UHGV virus genome: UHGV-1362024
Source of the DNA: a virus
DNA length: 46,959 nt
Reading direction: 5' to 3' (one strand)
Part shown: one piece after another, positions 27,721-36,514 of the stretch
Position numbering within the stretch: position 1 is the first letter of the stretch
How the letters are laid out: each line of letters starts with the position of its first letter
Notes under the pieces: model-generated
The model's input: the letters and a program-made list of their open reading frames with translations, nothing else
Databases searched by the model: none
Told to the model about the DNA's origin: nothing
Translations under genes and position numbers: made by a program

Positions 27721-27857
27721 GTTGCTACAGGAATTGAGGCGCAGGGCCATATTCATCTTTTGCCGACTTGCTATACCGGCTTTTGCGTGCCGGTTGATAA
27801 CCATCTCTGCCTGAAGCCACATTGGCCGCCATTCTGTCATACTCCTCGCGCTTCTCT

Positions 27858-28352
27858 TTATTTAGCATTAACTGACCTCAGAGAGTTGTATTGCGCCTGG
27901 CATGTCAATCCTGCTTCTCTTGCTGAGTCAGCATATTCTGCCAGTTGTCGATTTCTTTCGACAGATTCGCTGAGCAGTTGGGAGAGCAAAACTCCGGTAC
28001 TGGCGGCTGGATTGCCAATGGACTCAGTTCTGGAATAATCGAGGAGCTGCTTTCTGATTGTGGCGAGCTGTTGCTGCAACCTGCCAGACTTAACAGCAGC
28101 AGCGGAAGCATCAGCACGCGCGGCATCAATGCGGTTTTGCGCTTCCTGCTCGATGGTCTTTTTGTCTTGCTCATGTTGTTCGCTTGCCTCTTTGTCTTTG
28201 GCCTTCTGCGCCTCTACGGCGGCCAGATATCCAGAGTGATATTTCTCCTTCCCGTAATTGACCCACTTTCCGTAGACAATCAGAGCCAGAAGAGCGACGC
28301 CAATGATAGCGGCAACAACTTTCCATTTAGCCTTGAGGATTTGCAGAATCAT
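27858..28352 (-). CDS. i-spanin (Rz-like)
   Basis: N-terminal TM helix (VVAAIIGVALLALIVYG) followed by a long charged coiled-coil periplasmic region; downstream of the holin. Confidence 0.7.
   Translation of the reverse strand: MILQILKAKWKVVAAIIGVALLALIVYGKWVNYGKEKYHSGYLAAVEAQKAKDKEASEQHEQDKKTIEQEAQNRIDAARADASAAAVKSGRLQQQLATIRKQLLDYSRTESIGNPAASTGVLLSQLLSESVERNRQLAEYADSAREAGLTCQAQYNSLRSVNAK
27905..28126 (-). CDS. o-spanin (Rz1-like lipoprotein) embedded in the +1 frame of the Rz gene
   Basis: Lipobox LLLLSLAGC, a Pro-rich mature region (PELSPLAIQPPVPEF), entirely inside the Rz ORF. The listed ORF starts at 28174, but the Met at 28126 (MPRVLMLPLL) is likely. Confidence 0.6.
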   Translation of the reverse strand: MPRVLMLPLLLLSLAGCSNSSPQSESSSSIIPELSPLAIQPPVPEFCSPNCSANLSKEIDNWQNMLTQQEKQD

Positions 28353-28572
28353 TTTTCAGCGCCTTATTCTCTTTCTTCATGCCGCGCATCTTCGCAAGCA
28401 TGGAGATGACCAGCACGGAGTAGCTGATTGCCTTAACCGTAAATGGTGGCAATGCGCTCTTGAGGTCGTCAGGCATCATCATCCAGACCTGCATCGCCAC
28501 ATCAGGGAATACCTGGAGGGCAGAGCATATTACCATCCAGATACCGATAAGCCAGTTAGTTAGGCGCCTCAT
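28327..28572 (-). CDS. Putative holin (two TM segments)
   Basis: 81 aa with TM1 LTNWLIGIWMVICSALQVF and TM2 FTVKAISYSVLVISMLA plus a charged C-terminus. ATGA-coupled to the lysozyme gene. Confidence 0.5.
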   Translation of the reverse strand: MRRLTNWLIGIWMVICSALQVFPDVAMQVWMMMPDDLKSALPPFTVKAISYSVLVISMLAKMRGMKKENKALKNDSANPQG

Positions 28573-29006
28573 GACATGTAGACCTGACGTTCAGCTGCGC
28601 GGCGCTTTGTGAGTCCGTTCATGACCTTGCCATTGGCGCGATTCCATACCCGGAACTGGTCGGCGGCGCAGGTGTAGCAGCAGGAATTATGCTTTTTCAG
28701 CAGAGTTGATTTACCAAAGTTACCAAGGCCAATGTTGTAGGCCAGCGACACCATTGCATCAAACTGCCCCTGAGTTGTTGGGGATGTGATGAGTGACGAA
28801 ACGCCGCTTTCAAATTTCGCTACGTCTTTATCAAACCATGCGTCAGCCATTGCCTGCGTGACCTTCATTCCCGGCTTAACGTCGCTTCCGGCATGACCGT
28901 ATCCGGCGGTGTACGGAGCGCCTCCGGTTGCCGGGTCAGGGTAAACTGCAAGCACTAGCCCTTCATGAGATTTAATTAAATTCTTTCCGCGCGTTGATAG
29001 TTTCAT
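28569..29006 (-). CDS. Endolysin, phage lysozyme (GH24, P22 gp19 / T4 E-like)
   Basis: EGLVLAVYPDP...YTAGYGH...FDAMVSLAYNIGLGNFGKSTLLKK aligns with P22 lysozyme EGERLKAYSD...TIGVGH...YDALCSLIFNIGKSAFAGSTVLRQ. RBS GGAGGT. Confidence 0.85.
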   Translation of the reverse strand: MKLSTRGKNLIKSHEGLVLAVYPDPATGGAPYTAGYGHAGSDVKPGMKVTQAMADAWFDKDVAKFESGVSSLITSPTTQGQFDAMVSLAYNIGLGNFGKSTLLKKHNSCCYTCAADQFRVWNRANGKVMNGLTKRRAAERQVYMS

Positions 29007-29030
29007 TTGTTACCTCCGGTGATGCAGATT

Positions 29031-29076
29031 ATTTTATCACAATAGTCTTGACGTAGATTGAATCGTAAGCGATGAT
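29031..29076. promoter_or_regulatory. Bidirectional promoter module (copy 4): minus-strand TGATAAAAT extended -10 for the lysis genes, back-to-back with plus-strand TTGACGTAGATTGA-N10-GATGAT
   Basis: ATTTTATCAcaatagtcTTGACGtagattgaatcgtaagcGATGATgtagttacac; 27 of 31 positions are identical to copy 2 across ATTTTATCA...TTGACGTAGATTGA. Confidence 0.55.
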
Positions 29077-29104
29077 GTAGTTACACAAACAAAGGGGATT
29101 CAAG

Positions 29105-29395
29105 ATGAAAAAATTAATCGCAGCAGCAGTATTCGCAATGGCTTCATTTGGTGCGTCGGCTGGCGAGTTTTGCAATGCAGTTGGTGAGTTCGGTGAAGCG
29201 GCGGCAGAAGCCCGTGATGCTGGCGTATCAAAGCAGATCGCGCTGATGGTTTCTTCTGGAGGCCAGTATAGCGCTGAATTTAACCAACTCAGCAAGGCCA
29301 TCGTTGATGGGGCATACAAAATGACAGACAAGACACCGAAAGAAGTGGCCGCAATCTCTCGCGAGGTCTGCCTGTCAACGATGGGTGACAAATGA
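29105..29395 (+). CDS. Small secreted protein (96 aa, cleavable signal peptide)
   Basis: MKKLIAAAVFAMASFGASA signal, then a soluble helical domain. First gene of a plus-strand cassette. Confidence 0.5.
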   Translation: MKKLIAAAVFAMASFGASAGEFCNAVGEFGEAAAEARDAGVSKQIALMVSSGGQYSAEFNQLSKAIVDGAYKMTDKTPKEVAAISREVCLSTMGDK

Positions 29396-29526
29396 TGTGC
29401 CCTCGCCTGATGTTTAAGGCCCGCAATCGCTACGTTAAATTAGTGATGCGCGGCATGGATGAGCATGCGGCGTGGTCTGTCGTGATGGGCGAACTGAAAA
29501 GCATTTATAACGGAGAGAGGAAATGA
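29392..29526 (+). CDS. Small hypothetical protein (44 aa)
   Basis: Unlisted ORF MMCPRLMFKARNRYVKLVMRGMDEHAAWSVVMGELK..., ATGA-coupled on both sides. Confidence 0.3.
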   Translation: MMCPRLMFKARNRYVKLVMRGMDEHAAWSVVMGELKSIYNGERK

Positions 29527-30410
29527 AGCTGATTGATATTTTGGTTGAAGAAACCATTGAAAACGGCTGGTCATGGCCGGAGCATGCCAATTGCATCACG
29601 CAGGACCGCGACAGAGAAATCATGCCGGCAAAATGCCAGCCAAGCGTTGCTAAATTTGAGGCTAGTTTTAATCGGTGGTTTCTTGATGGTTCTAGAATTG
29701 ATTGTTTCACCGCTGATGTTTTGGCAAGTGACTACGCCATCGCCATCATCACCCGCGAACAGTACGAAGCCGCACTGGCTGCCAAAAATGACGGCTGGAT
29801 TGAGTGGGGTGGTGGTGAGTACCCTCCTGTTAGCACAAATGCAGTTGTTGATGTGAAGTTGCGATGTGGTTCCATAACAGCTAGACAACCAGCAGGAGCC
29901 ATGAATTGGCAGGTAAATGCGCCGGGTGACCCTGGTGACATCATCGCCTACCGCCTGCACCAGCCGCAGGAGGCAGACCGGGTTCGCGCTGCCGCATGGA
30001 ATGCTTATGCTGGCATCACCGAAGCGGATGAAGAAGCCAACCTGAATGAGTGCATAGGTCAGGATGCTGCGCCGGTTTGGAATGGCGAATGCTTGCCGCC
30101 GGTTGGATGTGAGTGTGAGTTTATGAAACACACGCTTGATGCTATACCCAACTGGCGTCGAGGCATCATTAAATATGTCAGCGAATATACAGTGGTGATT
30201 GTTGAGGCGCTATCTCCGGGAGAATTTGTCGCCCATCCTCGCACCTGCGATTTTCGCCCCGTTCCCTCAGAAGCGGAGCGGAAGCGCGATGAGGCAAAGA
30301 TCGCGATTGCTGAGTTGTGCAGGTCATCTGCCAGCAATGGGCATTCAGCAGATTTGATTTTTGACGCCATCGCAGCCGGTAAAATTCCCGGCGTTAAGCT
30401 GGAGGATTGA
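29523..30410 (+). CDS. Hypothetical protein (295 aa), Cys/Trp-rich, no recognised family
   Basis: RBS GAGAGGA; part of the plus-strand cassette. Confidence 0.45.
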   Translation: MKLIDILVEETIENGWSWPEHANCITQDRDREIMPAKCQPSVAKFEASFNRWFLDGSRIDCFTADVLASDYAIAIITREQYEAALAAKNDGWIEWGGGEYPPVSTNAVVDVKLRCGSITARQPAGAMNWQVNAPGDPGDIIAYRLHQPQEADRVRAAAWNAYAGITEADEEANLNECIGQDAAPVWNGECLPPVGCECEFMKHTLDAIPNWRRGIIKYVSEYTVVIVEALSPGEFVAHPRTCDFRPVPSEAERKRDEAKIAIAELCRSSASNGHSADLIFDAIAAGKIPGVKLED

Positions 30411-30532
30411 TGATTATCATCTGCGTGGCCTGCAAGCACGAACACCACAACCGAGACAGGATTGAAAAGCCAGGAATTCGATATACGATGTGCCCAAAGT
30501 GCGGTTGCGGAGGGTTCATTAAAAAGCGTTAA
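30410..30532 (+). CDS. Zinc-ribbon mini-protein (40 aa, CxxC...CxxC)
   Basis: Unlisted ORF MIIICVACKHEHHNRDRIEKPGIRYTMCPKCGCGGFIKKR, overlapping the upstream stop (TGATG). Confidence 0.35.
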   Translation: MIIICVACKHEHHNRDRIEKPGIRYTMCPKCGCGGFIKKR

Positions 30533-30544
30533 TATAAGCCGCCA

Positions 30545-31489
30545 TCAGGCGGCTTTCTTGTGCGTATCCTGCCATGCTTCGCGCTGCTTATCGAGTCTTT
30601 CCTGCGTCTTCTCAAGTATCACCGGCTTGCCATCCATCACCAGCGCTGGAACCTGCGAGCAGTGACAGTTACGGCGGTTTGCGCCTTCGCTGTAGAACTC
30701 ATCAATCTCTTCAGGCGTGTAATATTTCCCGTGACGCGCAGCATGAGTAACGCGGGTTGTCTTCATCAGCGCCGACTGCCAGAGCATGATGGTATCCATA
30801 CCCAGCGTGACCTGCGCCTCTTTCACTTCGCGTCTGTTAGCCTCGCGCAGGGTGTTGGTGATTTCAGTCTGAGCAATTGATCGCGCATAGCTCCTTGATA
30901 CGTCCATGCGGTTAACGATGTTTTGCTCAACCACACCCGGAGCGTCGCCATTTGCAATGCCAGCAGTGATGACTTCTGCCACCTGCTGTCGCGTGTAATC
31001 AGAGAGGCCACCCCAGTCGTTATACGTGCGCGTGTACGCAAGTTGAAGCCTGTCGAGATACGGCTGAGAGTACAGGATTTCAGCAAGCGGCCTGCTGTCT
31101 TTGTATGCCGACGACAGGTCACTCAGGTCTGAGTTTGCCTTCTGCGTACCAGCATACATGGCGTCGCTGACATAGGATGATGCCCACATCCTGCCATGCG
31201 TGAAATCATCGGCCTCCAGCAGCTGACTATCAAGAATGCGCTGAAGTTCATCAAAGAATGTCGACGCACGGTAGGCAGAGAAATCATAATAATAATTTCC
31301 AGCCTCTGCGTTACCAGTCGCCACAGGAATGGCGCGGAACAGTTCGGCAACCTGGGATTTTAGCGTCACATACCTGGCGTCAACATCGCGCACCATCTTA
31401 TTGACGCGACCCACTGCACCGAGTGGGTCTGTCAGGCTCATGCTTAATTTTGGCTGCGGAAGCCGGGCATTAATTTTTAGGAGGCGCAT
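30545..31489 (-). CDS. Head morphogenesis protein (phage Mu F / SPP1 gp7-like)
   Basis: Conserved C-terminal region ...[18 protein letters not shown]...[25 protein letters not shown].... The listed start at 31606 overlaps the portal by 136 nt, so the internal Met (31489 or 31441) is likely. Confidence 0.7.
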   Translation of the reverse strand: MRLLKINARLPQPKLSMSLTDPLGAVGRVNKMVRDVDARYVTLKSQVAELFRAIPVATGNAEAGNYYYDFSAYRASTFFDELQRILDSQLLEADDFTHGRMWASSYVSDAMYAGTQKANSDLSDLSSAYKDSRPLAEILYSQPYLDRLQLAYTRTYNDWGGLSDYTRQQVAEVITAGIANGDAPGVVEQNIVNRMDVSRSYARSIAQTEITNTLREANRREVKEAQVTLGMDTIMLWQSALMKTTRVTHAARHGKYYTPEEIDEFYSEGANRRNCHCSQVPALVMDGKPVILEKTQERLDKQREAWQDTHKKAA

Positions 31490-32918
31490 CGGTCTGGCCC
31501 TGCTGTTGGTCTTGCTGTTGGTCTTGCTGTTGCTGCTGACCTTCCTGTAATCCGTCAGGAAGCTGCTCCTCCAGAGGCTCCATGCCAACAATGCCGCGCA
31601 TTTCATCTGCGGTCATCATGGCCATCTGTCCTGCATCGAATACAGATTTGTTTGCAGTGGCAAGCTTGACCAGCAGGTCTGCTTTGTTCAGCTCGGAAGG
31701 TGCAAGCAGGTCATCCCATTTGCAGTAATAACCGCTCTCTGGCGCTTTATCCAGAATGCCAAAGGAAATCATCCGGTCGATGAACACCGAAATGATGTAG
31801 TCCAGCCAGTCCTCGCGGCGCTGTTTGGCGCTCATGGCGTCGTCGGTTTTATCCTCATCGGATGCAAGGCGGCCAGTCTGCTGACCAAACAGGATGGTGA
31901 ATGGCTTCTTGATGGATGCCGCAAACTGGTTGGCCGCAATTGTCCATGTTGGCCCTGGGTCTGCTGGCGTCACCGAGAGCACTTTGACATCAGCGCCCAT
32001 CGTGAACATCGCCGCGTCAATTGCCTCATTCAGACGCGCTACATCCTCATTGAGCACATCAGCCAGTTCTTCCAGCGGCACGCCCATTTGCTGAGCCAGA
32101 GACTGAGCGGAAACGCTGTCTTTATTATAATTAACGTTGAGCTGCCGACTGGCATTCTTCAGGAAGCCCTCAGCGCTTGAGCCGGTGACTTTCGCCATGT
32201 CGATGAGGTGGTTATACCCAGCACGAAGAAGTGGGACGCCAGAGTAAATGGAGCCATCCATCGCACCCTCGGCAAATACGATAATGCGATCGGGATGAAT
32301 GCTCAGGGAGCGCGTTGGTTTTCCGTCGCTGTTGCAGGCGCCGACTACCGACTCCTGATATTCGTACATCTTCGGCTGACCATAGTCTTCGCTGGATTCG
32401 TCATTTTCCCATTCACTGACGCGGAGCTGCTCTTCCCACGCCGGAATGTAGCGGACAATGGCAGCATCCTTGATGCGTTTTGTTTTCGTGGTGTCTACCG
32501 GCTCATTCCACTGCCTTCCATCACGGATTTGCAGGATAAGGCCGGAGTAGCGGTTGATGAGGTTGCGGCGGTCTGCATCCTTGATGAACGGCGCAGCGCG
32601 CTTAAACAGCTTGTTGGCTGCTTTCTCCCACGGGGTGCTTGCTTTGTCATCGGCGCCTTCTTCGAGGATTTGCGGCGGAGTCTGCCAGCACTTATCGAGT
32701 ACGCGATTGACGCCAGCGGTTGCCGGTGCATAGCGCTCATAGGCATAGCGGAACATCTCGGCGGTGATTTCTTCAGGGTAGCCACATTCGACATACAGTC
32801 TGGTGTGCTTTTGGTCTATGTTTACACCGCTAAACTCCCGACGCTGCCGCTCGATGAGCCTGTTATTGTTCGCCACTCGCTGCTGAATATAGGTGTTTAC
32901 CGCCTCTAACTTTGACAT
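31470..32918 (-). CDS. Portal protein
   Basis: 482-aa ORF between TerL and the MuF-like gene, with a Gln-rich acidic C-terminal repeat ([15 protein letters not shown]). Confidence 0.75.
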   Translation of the reverse strand: MSKLEAVNTYIQQRVANNNRLIERQRREFSGVNIDQKHTRLYVECGYPEEITAEMFRYAYERYAPATAGVNRVLDKCWQTPPQILEEGADDKASTPWEKAANKLFKRAAPFIKDADRRNLINRYSGLILQIRDGRQWNEPVDTTKTKRIKDAAIVRYIPAWEEQLRVSEWENDESSEDYGQPKMYEYQESVVGACNSDGKPTRSLSIHPDRIIVFAEGAMDGSIYSGVPLLRAGYNHLIDMAKVTGSSAEGFLKNASRQLNVNYNKDSVSAQSLAQQMGVPLEELADVLNEDVARLNEAIDAAMFTMGADVKVLSVTPADPGPTWTIAANQFAASIKKPFTILFGQQTGRLASDEDKTDDAMSAKQRREDWLDYIISVFIDRMISFGILDKAPESGYYCKWDDLLAPSELNKADLLVKLATANKSVFDAGQMAMMTADEMRGIVGMEPLEEQLPDGLQEGQQQQQDQQQDQQQGQTDAPPKN

Positions 32919-32967
32919 TTCGTCACCATAAAAAATCCCATCGCATGGATGGGATTATAGCATAGTA

Positions 32968-33168
32968 TCAGTCACCAAGGGCTCTCTCTTGAAGGGCCTG
33001 GTCATTGTTATGGAATATAGCAAGCTCTATTCTATCCCCAAGAACCAAACCGCGACATTTGGCGTACAATTTATAGCGCTTTCCACTGAATCCAGGCTTA
33101 AACCATATCTCCTCAATCCACTTCCTGCAACCAACCGCAACATCATGAATCTGTTTTCTTGTCATCAC
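32968..33168 (-). CDS. Small hypothetical protein (66 aa)
   Basis: Listed ORF between the TerL and portal genes. Confidence 0.35.
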   Translation of the reverse strand: MMTRKQIHDVAVGCRKWIEEIWFKPGFSGKRYKLYAKCRGLVLGDRIELAIFHNNDQALQERALGD

Positions 33169-33350
33169 TTCACCTCAACGCATTGCAAATTGTCAACATT
33201 TGGACTTACATCATTCCACGTCCGCTTTTCCTCAGCGATTTTCATTGCCGTAATGGCCGCCCTGCACTGCTCCATGCTTTGCATCGGCACCACCTGCATA
33301 TTGGACGTGTTGCTTGTGATTACTAATATCAGGAAGAAATACGACATCAC
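33165..33350 (-). CDS. Small hypothetical protein with hydrophobic N-terminus (61 aa)
   Basis: Listed ORF, ATGA-coupled. Confidence 0.3.
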   Translation of the reverse strand: MMSYFFLILVITSNTSNMQVVPMQSMEQCRAAITAMKIAEEKRTWNDVSPNVDNLQCVEVK

Positions 33351-33568
33351 TTCGCCTCATCATCAACCAGCGATCTGAACCATGCTGGCTGCGACTTCGC
33401 AGCGAGTTTATAGTCAACACTCTGAATGTAACGTGCAGCATCATTCAGCTTGTCGGAAAGATAATAAAGTGACTTCCTTGCTCCAAGAAGCATGGCAGCG
33501 AATACCAGCATCACAATCAGGTGCGGATTGATGATGCAGAACAGGATTGTTTTGACGGCTTTCATCAC
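33347..33568 (-). CDS. Small membrane protein (73 aa, one TM helix)
   Basis: Listed ORF with TM segment ILFCIINPHLIVMLVFAAMLLG. Confidence 0.35.
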   Translation of the reverse strand: MMKAVKTILFCIINPHLIVMLVFAAMLLGARKSLYYLSDKLNDAARYIQSVDYKLAAKSQPAWFRSLVDDEAK

Positions 33569-33759
33569 TCAATCTCCTCGCCATCAATCCAGCGTTGCAG
33601 GACTTCGATAAGCTGCGCGGCCTGGTGTTTGTCGATGCCAATAAATGACTCAACACCGTAGCCATTCACTTGATACAACTCCACGACAGGAGTTCCATCC
33701 TCAAGCTCTTGCTCAGTTACGTGCATGTCATATGCGTTTTCTGTTTCTTCAATAATCAT
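33565..33759 (-). CDS. Small acidic hypothetical protein (64 aa)
   Basis: Listed ORF, coupled. Confidence 0.35.
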   Translation of the reverse strand: MIIEETENAYDMHVTEQELEDGTPVVELYQVNGYGVESFIGIDKHQAAQLIEVLQRWIDGEEIE

Positions 33760-33995
33760 AAATCACCACCCTCATCGTTATTTAGCTCAACATTCCGAAA
33801 GAAATCATTAATCGTCTTCAGGCCACTATAACCACGACGCCGCTGCAACTCACACAGCACTTCATCATACATGCGCAGAAGAATAGCCTCATCCACATCG
33901 TACCTTTCGCACAGTGCCTCATCCGACACACCAGCTCTTGCGAGTGAGTATATTTTTTCCTTCTGCTCCCACGAAAAAGATGAGTATGCCTTCAT
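33756..33995 (-). CDS. Small hypothetical protein (79 aa)
   Basis: Listed ORF, coupled. Confidence 0.35.
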   Translation of the reverse strand: MKAYSSFSWEQKEKIYSLARAGVSDEALCERYDVDEAILLRMYDEVLCELQRRRGYSGLKTINDFFRNVELNNDEGGDL

Positions 33996-34028
33996 GATGC
34001 CCCGGTGATGTAGTTATGTCAATGCGCC

Positions 34029-34057
34029 TTGACGTAGATTCTAGCATGGCGTAGATT
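34029..34057 (+). promoter_or_regulatory. Plus-strand promoter (copy 5): TTGACGTAGATT-N11-TAGATT, with a second GCGTAGATT copy forming the -10
   Basis: TTGACGtagattctagcatggcgTAGATTaaaatg, 27 nt upstream of the ATG at 34084. Confidence 0.5.
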
Positions 34058-34083
34058 AAAATGAAACCTCTCGGAGAAATCTT

Positions 34084-34374
34084 ATGAAATGTGTCATTTT
34101 CGAGCTTGATGGCGTGCTGCGCGATGCGGAAGGAAATGCTATTGCTGGCAACGTTGTGCTGGCTAAGTCACTCTACTCTGCCGGGCATGATGTGCTTATC
34201 ATGAGAGCAAAGCATGCGTATGCGTGGCTGCATGCTAACGATGTTTTCTATGATGACATCATGGCTTCGCACCAGCAGATTGACGCTGACAGAGTGGCCA
34301 TGGCGGTCGTGTCTGATGATGTTATTTATGCGGCCATGCGCAATGCAGGGATTCATTGCTGGCTTTACAAATAG
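34084..34374 (+). CDS. HAD-superfamily-like mini protein (96 aa)
   Basis: N-terminal CVIFELDGVL resembles HAD motif I (DxDG), but with Glu in place of the first Asp. Single-gene plus-strand cassette with its own promoter and terminator. Confidence 0.4.
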   Translation: MKCVIFELDGVLRDAEGNAIAGNVVLAKSLYSAGHDVLIMRAKHAYAWLHANDVFYDDIMASHQQIDADRVAMAVVSDDVIYAAMRNAGIHCWLYK

Positions 34375-34375
34375 A

Positions 34376-34398
34376 CCCCTGCTGGGGTCTTATCTTAT
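34376..34398 (+). terminator. Terminator hairpin (GACCCCTGCTGGGGTC followed by a T-rich tract)
   Basis: Between the HAD-like gene end and the TerL gene end. Confidence 0.5.
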
Positions 34399-35834
34399 CT
34401 CCTGCTCCTTCTAATCCATCCAGAGCCACGCTGCACAATGTAGTCATTCAGCGCATAACGTACCGCATCCCAATAGTGGTTGTATTTGTCCACGATTTCA
34501 GTGAGCACAAGGCCTGTATTCTTGTCGACCTTATGGCTGTACATCGCAGCCTCGTTTTTCATTTCCGTGCAGCGGTCATGAATGATGATGTTGTCGCAAC
34601 CCCTGAGCCAGGTGACGCCATCTTCAACACTGCCGGGCCATTTGTTGCAGGGATGAATGTCAAAGCCAGCGCGCTTGATGTGACTGATGGTTTCCGGCCT
34701 TGATGAGTCGGCATACCAGCGAGCCTTGCGCGCCATCGGAAATGCCTGGTCCATTGCTGCCGGATGGTCGGTAATCTCAAGATGAACCTTGCCATACTCG
34801 CGATTAATATAAACGTTGCGCCGATCGCCGGGTAGGTTTTCCACCCAAACCTCAACCATCGCAGCAGGGTCGCCAGAGAAACCGAAGTCCATGCCGTGAT
34901 AGGGCCCATGCCATTCAGGATTGACCTCAAAAGATGCTGTGCGCCATTTCCCGCCGAAGACCTGCTCATCACTGCGTTTATTAAATTTCCCTTCCCAAAT
35001 CCAGAGGTAGCGGTCAAAATCGACGCGCTTCATCTTGTCCTTTGAGCGGATTAACTCATCGGTCATCCATGGGTTATCTGTCCAGTTGCACTCAATGATG
35101 AGTATTTCATCATCTTCGTAAATGCCATCAACCATCTTGTCATGCCACGGCTGAACCCATTGAGTCCATGTGGCGTCTGTTTCTTTGTTTGGGTTAAACG
35201 TCACCCAAATCTCAGCTCCTGGGTTACGCACTGTTGGCTCAAGAATGTCCCATGATGCCTGGCTAACGTTTTCGGCTTCTTCAATCCATGCCTTGGTGAT
35301 ACCTGCAAAACCCTTAACGCCATTAACGTTACGATAAAGGCCACGGAATCGGAACTTCGATTTTGTTTTCTTGTGGGTAATCTTACCATCAATGCATCGG
35401 TATTCTTTTGATTCCCCCTTGCGCTCTATTTCATCTACCAATTCCTGATAGCTGGAGTCCTCAATAGACTGCTGAATTTCGCGGAAGCAACCAATACGCT
35501 CAGGCTTAAAGCGCGCAGACTCGGTGAGGATAGTTGAAACGGTGCGCGTCTTTGCTGAGCCACGACCACCATAGACAACCTTCCACGGCTTTGGATAAAG
35601 CAGCCTTTCGAGTTTTGCGGGGATTAAATGGTCGGCCTGCGTGGTTGCATGGGTGACATCTTCAACGCCGTTAGCGGTCATTCTGAGGCGCTTGATGACG
35701 CTCTTCTGCATGTCACAGATGCCGAAGATAGCCGACTCGGCAACATCGGTCAGCACATCATCCACCTGCGCCTCCAGCTTTTCGATTGCCAGTGCGGACA
35801 GGCGTTTACGAGCCATGGCGGGATGTTCCCACAA
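34395..35834 (-). CDS. Terminase large subunit
   Basis: Walker A VVYGGRGSAKT; 479 aa; upstream of the portal. An alternative start at 35816 (MARKRL) is possible. Confidence 0.85.
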   Translation of the reverse strand: MWEHPAMARKRLSALAIEKLEAQVDDVLTDVAESAIFGICDMQKSVIKRLRMTANGVEDVTHATTQADHLIPAKLERLLYPKPWKVVYGGRGSAKTRTVSTILTESARFKPERIGCFREIQQSIEDSSYQELVDEIERKGESKEYRCIDGKITHKKTKSKFRFRGLYRNVNGVKGFAGITKAWIEEAENVSQASWDILEPTVRNPGAEIWVTFNPNKETDATWTQWVQPWHDKMVDGIYEDDEILIIECNWTDNPWMTDELIRSKDKMKRVDFDRYLWIWEGKFNKRSDEQVFGGKWRTASFEVNPEWHGPYHGMDFGFSGDPAAMVEVWVENLPGDRRNVYINREYGKVHLEITDHPAAMDQAFPMARKARWYADSSRPETISHIKRAGFDIHPCNKWPGSVEDGVTWLRGCDNIIIHDRCTEMKNEAAMYSHKVDKNTGLVLTEIVDKYNHYWDAVRYALNDYIVQRGSGWIRRSRR

Positions 35835-35953
35835 TAGTAATTATTGTTGCTGACATCATGAACATGATGCCCCATATCGCAAATGCAATCTCGTTTGACT
35901 TATCACCCATAGCAAACATGAGCATGGCGCAGACCATTAGTAACATTGATATT

Positions 35954-36397
35954 TTAAACATTCTGCTGCTCCAGTAACTTCTCCAGTCGCTCAAGGCGCG
36001 CCGCAAGCTCTGTTACCTCTTCGATATCAAGCCCAGCCTTCAGAATGTCTGCCATCATCTTGCCAATGTCAGCTGGAACAACGCCAGTAGAGACACCCTT
36101 GATAATCGCATCCATCTTCTGTACAGGCGTGCCGTCAGAAGGAAAATCAAACTCAACAGGGGGAGCTACAGGCTTTGGAATTGGGTTAAGTCTCAGGAAT
36201 ATCTCACGCAGCATGCCGGTAGCCTGAGCGTCTTCGCATGTCATCGCCTTATTGATGTAATACGTGACGAATTCAATCTCATTCATCGGTGTATTTGCTG
36301 CACGTAATGCTTCAAGAAGCACTGTTCTGTAGCTTTTTCCTCTTGGTGGTGGCTGATTGCTGGATGAAAATTTGTGCTTAGGGTTCGGATTTGCCAT
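35954..36397 (-). CDS. Putative terminase small subunit (listed from 36433; the start at 36397, MANPNP, lies downstream of the promoter)
   Basis: Position upstream of TerL; basic N-terminus and coiled-coil C-terminus. Confidence 0.45.
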   Translation of the reverse strand: MANPNPKHKFSSSNQPPPRGKSYRTVLLEALRAANTPMNEIEFVTYYINKAMTCEDAQATGMLREIFLRLNPIPKPVAPPVEFDFPSDGTPVQKMDAIIKGVSTGVVPADIGKMMADILKAGLDIEEVTELAARLERLEKLLEQQNV

Positions 36398-36432
36398 TTT
36401 ATATGTGTCCTTTGAGTAACTCACATAGGACA

Positions 36433-36441
36433 TATCTTACC
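36433..36441 (-). promoter_or_regulatory. Extended -10-like promoter (TGGTAAGAT on minus strand) for the terminase operon
   Basis: Located just downstream of a minus-strand terminator and about 35 nt upstream of the MANPNP start. Confidence 0.35.
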
Positions 36442-36461
36442 ACATGGCGTAGATAAAAAAG

Positions 36462-36490
36462 AAGCCAGCGCAATGCTGGCTTAAAGGGTG
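36462..36490 (-). terminator. Rho-independent terminator (AGCCAGCATTGCGCTGGCTTCTTTTTT on minus strand) after the HNH gene
   Basis: Hairpin plus T6. Confidence 0.6.
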
Positions 36491-36514
36491 GTGAGGTGAT
36501 GATCGATGAAACTA

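Noticed and set aside
31494-31535. Short tandem DNA repeat CTGTTGGTCTTG x2-3
   Set aside because: It encodes the Gln-rich acidic C-terminal tail of the portal protein; it is not a CRISPR or regulatory repeat.
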